Positions 56,081-64,000 of a DNA stretch of 64,000 nt are shown in pieces (the first letter of the stretch is position 1; every line of letters starts with the position of its first letter). This stretch comes from Candidatus Entotheonellaceae bacterium (GTDB lineage: Bacteria; Tectomicrobia; Entotheonellia; Entotheonellales; Entotheonellaceae): assembly GCA_965238075.1 (NCBI GenBank), contig OZ250173.1, positions 608,001 through 672,000 of the forward strand, in the 5' to 3' direction. The notes under the pieces are model-generated. The model did no database searches and was not told the origin of the DNA. It saw nothing but the letters and a program-made list of their open reading frames with translations. The position numbers and the translations under genes are program-made.

Positions 56081-57770
56081 CTCGTTGCTCCCCATCGGCT
56101 GAAAACTCCAGCACCTCACACAGCAAAGACTCAAGCAGCCGCCTACGGGTTTCTCCACTCGCCGAGAGGCTCGCTTCCAGGCAATCGCACAGGCTCATCA
56201 GTTCGTCGACTTTGGCGACGATGCGGTGTTGTTCGGCCAAGGGCGGAAGGGCAATTACTGTTTCGTTGATCTGTCTGGCACTCAGGTTAGGGATCGCCGT
56301 TCCAAATGATATTTCCAGGTTCTTAGCAACGATCGTGTCAAAGAAATATTTTACGAAGTTGAGATCACTGAAAAAGGACTCAATTCGCCCAACGCGCTGA
56401 TTGAGAAGCAGGTGTTGGCCGGTTTTATTGAATGCCACTTTACCGGTAGTTGCGCCTGACATGGCGATAAGAAGCGCGTTAGTGGGAACCCACACCTCCT
56501 GTCCTACGGATTTTGCAACCTGCTCCGAGACATGAACGGCATTAGATAAAGTGACCTCGCCTCCCCGTAGATCACCGATACGGACAATGGGTACACCATG
56601 CGTCTGGTAGTCTTCACTCCTAAAGGCGAACCCATTCCAAAGTTGAATGACGTTCCCTAGACGGACCAATTGCCAACCCGATGGAAGCTTAAGCCCGCTA
56701 GATAGCACCAATGATGGGAGAGGTTTCCGGGCCGGGTGATTCTTCATCTTCCCCCGCCTAGCTTTCTCCGTCGCAATCTTCTTCAACAACTCCGACGCCG
56801 GTTCATCGTTCGGGTCCTGCGGCACCAACTTCCCGCGTACTGCAAGGTTGAGGATGGCTTGACGGAGGACATTGATCTGACCGGGGCGGGTGGTGAGCGG
56901 GGTGAGGTTGTCGAGGGCGAAGGCGGCATCCTTCCGAAACGACGCCGGGTCGGGGTCGGGTGCGTTGAGGCGGGCGAGGCTAGCCGCGGTCAGCCGGTTG
57001 CGCGTGGCTTCGCGCTCTGCCCGTGCGGCTTCCAGCCGGTCGCACAGGGCCATCAGTTCATCTACTTTGGCGACGATGCGGTGTTGTTCGGCAAGGGGTG
57101 GGAGCATTATCGGGATGTCTAATGCCTTGGCTTGGTTAAGCTTTGCCCTGGTTGCGCCAACCACTCGCCCTGAGTAATCGAAGACATTCAGACAGTGGAC
57201 CAGGTAGGCTTGCGAAACGAAGATACCGCGAAACACGTGAGCGTGGTTATTCACCCAAGATTTGCCGGTGATCAGATAGGCCTTTGGGCGCAGAGCATCC
57301 AAAAAGGGCACACCATCCTCGCCGAGCAAGACGAGATCCTCGTCAAATATGTATTCGTCAATCCAACCTTGCTGCTGTGTCGCTCCATAATACGGAAACA
57401 ACTGGGATTGAGGCTTACCCGCAACTCTCCGTTTGCGCTCGGTCGCGTTTATTGGTATCCGCATGTAGTCCAAGCACACAGCTATCGCATCGAGCCTAGC
57501 TGGTAGCCAACCCCTCGGCAGGTCAAATGGCGGTTCCACTTCCTCGAAGGGACCGCCATTTTTCTGCTTCTTGAGATCCCCTGCTTTCACCAACCGCGCC
57601 TTTTCCGCCGCTATCCGCTTCAACAACTCTGACGCCGGCTCGTCATTCGGGTCCTGTGACACCAGCTTGCCGCGCACCGCCAAGTCAAGAATAAACCGAC
57701 GCAAACGCGGAACGGCATCCGCCGCGTCAGCGATGCGGTCGAAGTGCGTAAGCAGGTGTTCGACGCTCAT
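56073..57770 (-). CDS. hsdS: Type I restriction-modification specificity subunit
   Basis: Two AT-richer TRDs between repeated conserved blocks (LAVRGKLV.QDPNDEPASELL; PPLAEQHRIVAKVDELM); in-frame 20-aa extension to 57830. Confidence 0.93.
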   Translation of the reverse strand: MSVEHLLTHFDRIADAADAVPRLRRFILDLAVRGKLVSQDPNDEPASELLKRIAAEKARLVKAGDLKKQKNGGPFEEVEPPFDLPRGWLPARLDAIAVCLDYMRIPINATERKRRVAGKPQSQLFPYYGATQQQGWIDEYIFDEDLVLLGEDGVPFLDALRPKAYLITGKSWVNNHAHVFRGIFVSQAYLVHCLNVFDYSGRVVGATRAKLNQAKALDIPIMLPPLAEQHRIVAKVDELMALCDRLEAARAEREATRNRLTAASLARLNAPDPDPASFRKDAAFALDNLTPLTTRPGQINVLRQAILNLAVRGKLVPQDPNDEPASELLKKIATEKARRGKMKNHPARKPLPSLVLSSGLKLPSGWQLVRLGNVIQLWNGFAFRSEDYQTHGVPIVRIGDLRGGEVTLSNAVHVSEQVAKSVGQEVWVPTNALLIAMSGATTGKVAFNKTGQHLLLNQRVGRIESFFSDLNFVKYFFDTIVAKNLEISFGTAIPNLSARQINETVIALPPLAEQHRIVAKVDELMSLCDCLEASLSASGETRRRLLESLLCEVLEFSADGEQRDG

Positions 57771-57830
57771 CCCTGCGTCAGAATCGAGCCGATGTTCGGT
57801 GTCGGGGGTCAGTTGAATCGAGATCGCCAT
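57771..57830 (-). pseudogene. Ribbon-helix-helix (CopG/RelB-like) antitoxin N-terminal remnant fused in frame to hsdS
   Basis: GGAGG RBS, then MAISIQLTPDTEHRLD, a RHH-antitoxin-like start. Confidence 0.5.
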
Positions 57831-57909
57831 GTCCTCCACTCCAGGTGGCAGTGTCTCAGATCGCATTCCTCCTCACGGTGCAAGCTGAAGAAATTGACGG
57901 CAACGACCA

Positions 57910-58164
57910 TCAAATCGGAACGCCGCGTTCGTCATAACCGATGATCTGCTCGGCGCTCCGCCGGTCGCGGCGCGGCAAACCGCCGCAATGCAGGGCAATG
58001 GGGTCCAGTTCGTCGGCAAGCCGGATGGCACTCCGGGTTTTTTCCACCTGCGCCAGTCTTTCCTGAATGGCCAGTTTGACGGCTTTGGTCAGCGACTCTC
58101 CGGTCAGGCTGGCGAGCCGTTTCGCCAAGGCGTGCGTGTCGGGGTCTTTGATGTTCAGTGGCAT
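57910..58164 (-). CDS. VapB-type antitoxin (Rv0623-like)
   Basis: MPLNIKDPDTHALAKRLASLTGESLTKAV..AIQERL...IIGYDERGVP; TGATG overlap into a degenerate MVV... toxin stub. Confidence 0.85.
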   Translation of the reverse strand: MPLNIKDPDTHALAKRLASLTGESLTKAVKLAIQERLAQVEKTRSAIRLADELDPIALHCGGLPRRDRRSAEQIIGYDERGVPI

Positions 58165-58303
58165 TGACAAATCCTCCATGGCTCAATATAGGGAGGAACC
58201 TCAACTTGGATGTTGCAACGCACGCTCCGACCTGAAGAACCCTCACCGGCTTACCAGAGCATCTTTTGGTCGGATTGAATCATGTGTGGATTGGCGGCTC
58301 CAA

Positions 58304-58388
58304 GTAGGTCGGGTTAGCCGTAGGCGTAACCCGACAACAGTAGGCTGAGCAGTGGAACGTCGGATTACGCTTCGCTAATCCGACCTAC
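58304..58388. repeat. REPIN: inverted pair of GTAG-family REPs
   Basis: GTAGGTCGGGTTAGCCGTAGGCGTAACCCGACA ... GTCGGATTACGCTTCGCTAATCCGACCTAC. Confidence 0.85.
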
Positions 58389-58423
58389 AGCTTGATGAAA
58401 TGCAATAGACGTCACCTTCACGT

Positions 58424-59881
58424 CTATCGCAGCAGTGCCTCGGCCAATACCGCCTTCAAGTCTTCGCGCAAGGCCGCGGTTTCAGACTCCGCAGCGGCCA
58501 GCTTCGCCAGCAATTCTTGCGGGTCACCAAGGTCATCCTCGACCGTGTGCGGGTTCTTGATGTCCAAATTGTAGCCGCGCGCCTTCACCTCTTCAGCCGT
58601 CACTTTCCAGGCGCGGTCCGTATCCTTGCGGCCCTCGCGGCCCGTCCCGCCCCACCAGTCGATGCAGGCTTGCAGGTGTTCTACGCGGATGGGCCTGGTC
58701 ATGGAATAGGCCTTCTGGCCATCGGGCACACGGTGCTCGTAGAACCAGATGTCCGTGGTCGGGACGCCCTTCTCGAAGAACAGCAGGTTGGTGCCGATGG
58801 AGGCATAGGGCCGGAACACCGAGTTGGGCAGGCGGACGAGGGTGTGCAGGTTGCACGTTTCCAGCAGGTGTTCCTTGAGCCGAGTCTTGACGCCCTCGCC
58901 GAACAGGGAGCCGTCCGGCAGCACGACCGCGGCGCGGCCGCCCGGCTTCAGCAGGCGGATGATGAGGGCCAGGAACAGGTCGGCGGTTTCCTTGGTGCGG
59001 AAATGCGTCGGAAAGTTGCTCTCGATGCCGTCTTCTTCCTTGCCGCCGAAGGGCGGGTTGGTCAGCACGACGTCCACCCGGTCCTTCTGCTCCCAACTGA
59101 TGAAGGGACGCGCCAGGGTGTTGTCGTGGCGCACGAAGCCGGGGTCTTCGATGCCATGCAGCAGCATGTTGGTGACGCACAGCATGTGCGGCAACTGCTT
59201 CTTCTCGACGGCGCGGAGGGCGGCCTGCATCGTCCGTTCGTCCTCGGGCCGCTTGACGTAGCGCTCGCGCATGTGGCGCAGCGAACAGGTCAGGAAGCCG
59301 CCGGTGCCGCAGGCGGGATCGAACAGGATTTCGCCGGGCTTGGGGTCGATGCGGTCGGCCATGAAGGCGGTGACGGCGCGCGGCGTGTAGTACTCGCCGG
59401 CGTTGCCGGCGGATTGCAGGTCGTTGAGGATTTGCTCGTAGATGTTGCCGAAGTGCTCGCGCTCGGTCAGGTTGTTGAAGTCGATGTCGTTGATACGGTT
59501 GACCACCTGCCGCATCAGCTGACCGGACTTCATGTAGTTGTAGGCGTCTTCGAACACGTCGCGCACGACGCGGCGGCGGTCGCCGGGCTGGCCGGTGGTT
59601 TGGAGTTGCTTGAGGGCCGGGAACAGCTCGTTGTTGATAAAGGCCAGCAGGTCCTCGCCGGTGATGCCCTCGGGATCGGCAGCCCAGGCGCGCCACTGGA
59701 AGCGCTCGGGAATCGGCGACGTGTAACCCGTGTGCATCAGTTCCAGTTCCTGGTCCTGATCGTCGATGATCTTGAGGAAGAACATCCAGCACAACTGGCT
59801 GATGCGTTGCGCGTCGCCGTCGACGCCGGTGTCCTGGCGCATGACGTTCTGGATGGACTTGACGAGGGTGCGGACGGACAT
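58424..59881 (-). CDS. hsdM: Type I restriction-modification N6-adenine methyltransferase (EcoAI-like)
   Basis: GVDGDAQR, GEYYTPR, DPACGTGGFL, TNPPFGG, VRLP..VF.PY. Confidence 0.96.
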   Translation of the reverse strand: MSVRTLVKSIQNVMRQDTGVDGDAQRISQLCWMFFLKIIDDQDQELELMHTGYTSPIPERFQWRAWAADPEGITGEDLLAFINNELFPALKQLQTTGQPGDRRRVVRDVFEDAYNYMKSGQLMRQVVNRINDIDFNNLTEREHFGNIYEQILNDLQSAGNAGEYYTPRAVTAFMADRIDPKPGEILFDPACGTGGFLTCSLRHMRERYVKRPEDERTMQAALRAVEKKQLPHMLCVTNMLLHGIEDPGFVRHDNTLARPFISWEQKDRVDVVLTNPPFGGKEEDGIESNFPTHFRTKETADLFLALIIRLLKPGGRAAVVLPDGSLFGEGVKTRLKEHLLETCNLHTLVRLPNSVFRPYASIGTNLLFFEKGVPTTDIWFYEHRVPDGQKAYSMTRPIRVEHLQACIDWWGGTGREGRKDTDRAWKVTAEEVKARGYNLDIKNPHTVEDDLGDPQELLAKLAAAESETAALREDLKAVLAEALLR

Positions 59882-59884
59882 GGG

Positions 59885-62308
59885 CTAGGCGGTCTCCTGG
59901 TAGAGGGCGGCTTGCAAGTCGTGGACCGCGGCAACGAATTGATCCCTGCCGCCGAAGGCGTTGATCAACTGCAACGGGGTGCCGAGTTGGTTGAGCGGCG
60001 GAATGCGCAGCACCGCGGTATCGTCCAGGTTGAGCAGCCCTTCGTCGGCGTATTTGACGAGCAGGGCGTCGAGCACGGCGCGCGCCTGTTCGCCGTACCT
60101 GCCGAACACGTCGCGGTTCTTGACGTTGGCGGCGCGCTCGCGGCGCGTCAGCGGCTTGGCGTCAAACGCGACGTGGCAGATAAGGTCGAAGGGATCGAGA
60201 TCCTTGTTCAATTCCTTGACGATGGCGTCGAGCGCCAGACCCTCGCCCGCCAGTTCGTCGATGATCGCCTGCTTGCGCTGCTCGGCCTTCCAGCGCCGCA
60301 GGAAGTCGTCGAGGCTGGCGTAGCGCTTTTTCAACGCCTTGCGGGTGAAGTCGCGCAGGGATTCGGTGACCAGCCTGCCGTACTCGTCGAGGTACTCCAC
60401 CCGCTCGGCGATGATGGTGGCATCGATGCCGTCCACGTAAACCTTGTGCGTGCTGCCGAGGGGGTACGGCAGGGGGAGGGACGGGTCATGGACGACAACC
60501 TCCTCGTCACCGGGTTGCAGCGGTTCCGGTTCGCCGGCATCGTCCGGGGGCGTGATCGGGTCGTCCTCGCCCGGCTCGTAAATCTGCACCGGCTCGCCGT
60601 CAAATTCCGGATCGGCGAAATGATTGGTGGCGCCGCGGAAATCCATCAGGGTGAAATAGAACTTGTGCGTATCCTCGTGCACGCGAGTGCCGCGCCCGAC
60701 GATCTGCTTGAATTCGGTCATGGAGTTGATTGGGCGGTCGAGCACGATCAGCCGGCAGGTCTGCGCGTCAACACCGGTGGACAGCAGCCGCGAGGTGGTG
60801 ACCAGCACCGGGTACGCCGATTCCGGGTCGATGAAGTTGCCGAGTTCCGCCTGACCTTCGGGGTCGCCGCCGGTGATGCGCATGACGTAGCGGTGGTTGT
60901 GGGCCATGAGGTCGGCGTTTTCGTTGACGAGCGCTTGACGCATGCGCGCGGCGTGTTCCCGGTCGACGCAGAAGATGATCGTCTTCTGGAAGCGGTCGCC
61001 GCTTTCCTTGAGGAATTCGGTGACCTTGCGGGCGACAAGGTTGGTGCGGCCGTCCAGCACCAGATTGCGGTCGAAGTCCTTGGTGTTGTAGATGCGGTCG
61101 TCGACTTCTTCTCCGCGGCGATCGAGCTGGCCCTTTTCGGGACGGTAGCCTTCCACGTCGCGGTCGACGTGGACCTTGATGACTTTGTACGGGGCGAGAA
61201 AGCCGTCGCGGATGCCCTGCTTCAGGGAGTAGGTGTAGACGGGCTCGCCAAAGTAATGGATGTTGGAAACGTATCGCGTTTCCCTGGGGGTGGCGGTCAG
61301 CCCGATCTGCGTGGCGGTGCTGAAGTATTCGAGGATTTCCCGCCATGCCGAATCCTCGGCGGCGCTGCCGCGGTGGCACTCGTCGATCACGATGAGGTCG
61401 AAGAAGTTGGGCGAGAACTCGCGGAAGAGCTTCTGGTGTTCTTCGGGGCCGGTGATGGCCTGATAGAGGCCGAGGTAGATTTCGTAGGCCGTGTCGATGC
61501 GGCGCTTCTTGTTGATGGCGGTGCCAACCGTTGAGCCGTCTTCACGTTCGATGGTTCCGGCGTGGGTCGAGAGTTTGGCCATGGCCGGGCCAAAGGGCCG
61601 GAAATCGTTGACCATCGTCTGATCGACCAAGACGTTGCGGTCGGCCAGGAACAAGATGCGCTTCTTGCGGCCCGCCTTCCACAGCCGCCAGATGATCTGA
61701 AACGCGGTGTAGGTCTTGCCGGTCCCGGTCGCCATGACGAGAAGAACGCGGTCGCGGCCCTTGGCAATGGCCTCGATAGTAGCATTGATGGCGCTCACCT
61801 GATAGTAGCGCGGCGCCTTGCCGCTGCCGTCCTCGAAATAGTCCTGCAGGACGACGGCCTCGGTTTCGGGGGTCAGGCTCTTCCAGGCGCGAAAGCGCGC
61901 CCACAGGTCGTCCGGTGGCGGAAAGGCGTCGAGGGCGAGGGTCGTTTCCGGGGTGGCGCTGGCGCCGGTGCGGTCGTGGAAGACGAAGCCGTCGCCGTTG
62001 GAGGAAAACACGAAGGGGATGTCGAGGGTGACGGCGTAATCGAGCGCCTGCTGCATGCCGTCGCCGATGGTGTGGTTGTTGTCTTTAGCCTCAATCAGTG
62101 CAATGGGGATGTTGGGCTTATAGTAGAGAATATAATCGGCCCGTTTGCCCTTGCCGCGGCTGACCAGCCTGCCGCGCACGATGATGCGGCCCTTGGTGAA
62201 GCTGACCTCCTCGCGGATTTGCGTCATCTCGTCCCACCCGGCCCTGCGCAAGGCGGGGGTAATGAACTTGGTGCAAGTGTCGCGTTCGCTGAGGCTTTTC
62301 TTGTCCAT
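59885..62308 (-). CDS. hsdR: Type I restriction endonuclease subunit R (EcoAI/EcoEI-like)
   Basis: ADY...IEAK nuclease motif, MATGTGKT, DECHR, TATP, FKQIVGRGTR, EcoEI-type C-terminus. Confidence 0.96.
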   Translation of the reverse strand: MDKKSLSERDTCTKFITPALRRAGWDEMTQIREEVSFTKGRIIVRGRLVSRGKGKRADYILYYKPNIPIALIEAKDNNHTIGDGMQQALDYAVTLDIPFVFSSNGDGFVFHDRTGASATPETTLALDAFPPPDDLWARFRAWKSLTPETEAVVLQDYFEDGSGKAPRYYQVSAINATIEAIAKGRDRVLLVMATGTGKTYTAFQIIWRLWKAGRKKRILFLADRNVLVDQTMVNDFRPFGPAMAKLSTHAGTIEREDGSTVGTAINKKRRIDTAYEIYLGLYQAITGPEEHQKLFREFSPNFFDLIVIDECHRGSAAEDSAWREILEYFSTATQIGLTATPRETRYVSNIHYFGEPVYTYSLKQGIRDGFLAPYKVIKVHVDRDVEGYRPEKGQLDRRGEEVDDRIYNTKDFDRNLVLDGRTNLVARKVTEFLKESGDRFQKTIIFCVDREHAARMRQALVNENADLMAHNHRYVMRITGGDPEGQAELGNFIDPESAYPVLVTTSRLLSTGVDAQTCRLIVLDRPINSMTEFKQIVGRGTRVHEDTHKFYFTLMDFRGATNHFADPEFDGEPVQIYEPGEDDPITPPDDAGEPEPLQPGDEEVVVHDPSLPLPYPLGSTHKVYVDGIDATIIAERVEYLDEYGRLVTESLRDFTRKALKKRYASLDDFLRRWKAEQRKQAIIDELAGEGLALDAIVKELNKDLDPFDLICHVAFDAKPLTRRERAANVKNRDVFGRYGEQARAVLDALLVKYADEGLLNLDDTAVLRIPPLNQLGTPLQLINAFGGRDQFVAAVHDLQAALYQETA

Positions 62309-62392
62309 GGGAGTCAGTCTCTCACCCTTGGCGTCCGACGCCTACATTCTGGAGCGGGCAAGGTCTGACGAAGCCGTCAGAGTTTGCGGTGC

Positions 62393-62905
62393 CTATTCAG
62401 GCGCGCCCGGGTCGAACCCCAGCGCCCGTTCCGGCTCGTGTACGTGCATGAGGAAGATTTTCCATTCGCCGTCCTGGCGCAGCAGCGTGTAGGTCGCGGC
62501 GCCCTGATGGAGCAGCTCGCCCGTGTTCTTGATGCGGTTGAACACGGTGCTGACGATAGCGGTGTCGTCGCTCATCGGCTGCACGTTCACGGATGCCCAT
62601 TCGGTATGGTCGTAGCCGTTGTGATTGAGGGTGCGCTTCCACCTGCGAACGGTACGACGGACCTTTTCGGTGGTCTCGAATTCGGTGAGCACGCCGTGCG
62701 GCGCCAGCAAGTAAAGGGGGGCGTGATGCAGGGAAGCAATATAGCGGGAATTTTGATTGTCGAAGCTGTCGAGGTAGTGGTTCATGAAGGCCAGGACGTC
62801 TTCCTTGGTATCCGCCTGTGCGGTCGCCGCCACCAAAAGAAACCCTGCCAGGGCCAACAGCCATGTGATGCGATAAGCGGCGCGCGCGCGGTGCCCGTCG
62901 GTCAT
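62393..62905 (-). CDS. Exported NTF2/SnoaL-like protein
   Basis: Signal peptide (AQA), SDDTAIVS..F.R, ATYTLLRQDGEWKI; GGAGG RBS. Confidence 0.75.
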   Translation of the reverse strand: MTDGHRARAAYRITWLLALAGFLLVAATAQADTKEDVLAFMNHYLDSFDNQNSRYIASLHHAPLYLLAPHGVLTEFETTEKVRRTVRRWKRTLNHNGYDHTEWASVNVQPMSDDTAIVSTVFNRIKNTGELLHQGAATYTLLRQDGEWKIFLMHVHEPERALGFDPGAPE

Positions 62906-62923
62906 TCTTTTCCACCTCCATAC

Positions 62924-62963
62924 AAAAAACGGGAGAAGGAGCCAATCAAGCTCCTCCTCCCGT
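62924..62963 (-). terminator. Intrinsic terminator after the PQQ dehydrogenase gene
   Basis: Minus strand acgggaggaggagc-ttgattg-gctccttctcccgt followed by TTTTT. Confidence 0.75.
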
Positions 62964-62987
62964 TGGTCTTAGGTCAGATCAGCAGCC

Positions 62988-64000
62988 TTATGGCAGCTCG
63001 AAGACCCATACGACACCACCCTGCGGCACGTGTTCCGCGTAACCCGGGATCTCCCGGCGCAGGATGTCCTGCTTGCGTTCCGCGTCAACACCCCAGCCGG
63101 ACGCCACGGCGACGTACTGCTTGCCGTTCAGCGAGTAGGTGCTCGGGGGAGCGCCGATACCGGAGTTGGTGGGGTACTCCCACAGCACCGCGCCGGTTGC
63201 CGCGTCAAAGGCGCGGAACATGCGGTCGTTGGTACCGCCGGCGAACACCAAGCCGCCGCCGGTGGACAGGATCGGACCCCAGTTGTGGTGCTTGAAGGTG
63301 TGCTTCCACACCTCGTTCTTGTTGCCCACGTCCCAGGCCTGAATTTCGCCGATGTGCTCCCAGCCTTCACGCAGGTAGAAGCCTTCGACGAGCTCCGGAA
63401 TGTCTACGCCGAGCCACAGCTCACCCGCAACGTATTCCGACTCGTTGCCGGACATGGTGCTGCAGATGTTCTCGTTGGCCGGGATGTAGAGCAGGCCGCT
63501 GGCCGGGCTGTAGGATACGTACGGCCAGTCCTTGCCGCCCCACAGGGAGGGGCAGAACGGCGCGCTCACGTTCGTCTTTGGCCAGTGGGCGTCGTCATAG
63601 GTGAAGCGCCCGGTCTCGGGATCGATGGCGGTGACCACGTCGGTGTACACGTAGCTCCACGCATCCACGAACGCGATGGGACCTTCCGGGGAGGGTTCCA
63701 GCACGAAGATATGGCCGTTGCGAGCCACGTTGACGAGGGCCTTGAAGGTACGGCCGCCGTAGGTGATGTCGGCGAGAACTGGCGGAGAGACCTCATCCCA
63801 GTCCCAGGAATCGTTCCAGTGGTACTGGTGGTGGCCGATGATCTGGCCGCTTTCGAGGTTCAGGGCGATAACGGAAGTGGTGTACAGGTTATCCAGGCTG
63901 CCGCGCCGGTCGCCTGCCCACGGTGCGCCGTTGCCAACGCCCCAGTAGACGATGCCGGTCTCGGCATCGAAGATGCCGGTGCTCCAGGTGGAACCGCCGC
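62988..64000 (-). CDS. PQQ-dependent dehydrogenase (methanol/ethanol family), C-terminal part; runs off window end
   Basis: GGSTW, YWGVGNG, DNLYTTS, QYHWNDSWDWDEV, CPSLWGGKDW, GGLVFAG, GKQYVAVASGWG. Confidence 0.92.
   Translation of the reverse strand, partial: GGSTWSTGIFDAETGIVYWGVGNGAPWAGDRRGSLDNLYTTSVIALNLESGQIIGHHQYHWNDSWDWDEVSPPVLADITYGGRTFKALVNVARNGHIFVLEPSPEGPIAFVDAWSYVYTDVVTAIDPETGRFTYDDAHWPKTNVSAPFCPSLWGGKDWPYVSYSPASGLLYIPANENICSTMSGNESEYVAGELWLGVDIPELVEGFYLREGWEHIGEIQAWDVGNKNEVWKHTFKHHNWGPILSTGGGLVFAGGTNDRMFRAFDAATGAVLWEYPTNSGIGAPPSTYSLNGKQYVAVASGWGVDAERKQDILRREIPGYAEHVPQGGVVWVFELP

Noticed and set aside
58517-61534. 1005-aa + strand ORF
   Set aside because: Antisense shadow of hsdM/hsdR, which carry clear motifs on the minus strand.
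54345-62390. Defence island as an integrative element or prophage
   Set aside because: No integrase, att repeats or phage structural genes seen.
1-64000. CRISPR array or other regular repeat-spacer array
   Set aside because: No regularly spaced direct repeats seen in any intergenic region and no cas genes; the repeats found are dispersed palindromes.

Overview
High-GC bacterial chromosomal window, mostly housekeeping and metabolic genes: acs, relA/spoT, rpmB, recG, folE-folB-folK-moaB, hpnD, HU, mazG, ggt, thiS-thiG-thiE under a TPP riboswitch, an AceE-like E1, tRNA-Sec, a DUF1800/DUF1501/NHL block, a copper-resistance operon and a PQQ dehydrogenase. It starts inside a type ISP/IIG-like restriction-modification gene. 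A defence island at ~54.35-62.35 kb carries type I hsdR-hsdM-hsdS, DUF3800, a frameshifted BECR-like gene and four toxin-less antitoxin remnants. The best candidate for an undescribed system is in that island: a ~70-nt two-hairpin RNA with its own promoter (54807-54881, + strand, orientation supported by three G.U pairs and a G(CUUG)C loop), convergent on the DUF3800/BECR-like gene pair and possibly an RNA antitoxin or partner. Other observations: in-frame internally deleted TonB-receptor and Rpn genes, a three-way-junction leader upstream of folE, an ArsS-like radical SAM plus atypical phosphoesterase, an AhbD-like/PCP_red/HutX-like heme module, a REP inside a signal peptide, and three REP-like repeat families. 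All family calls come from motif recognition by eye; no searches were run.
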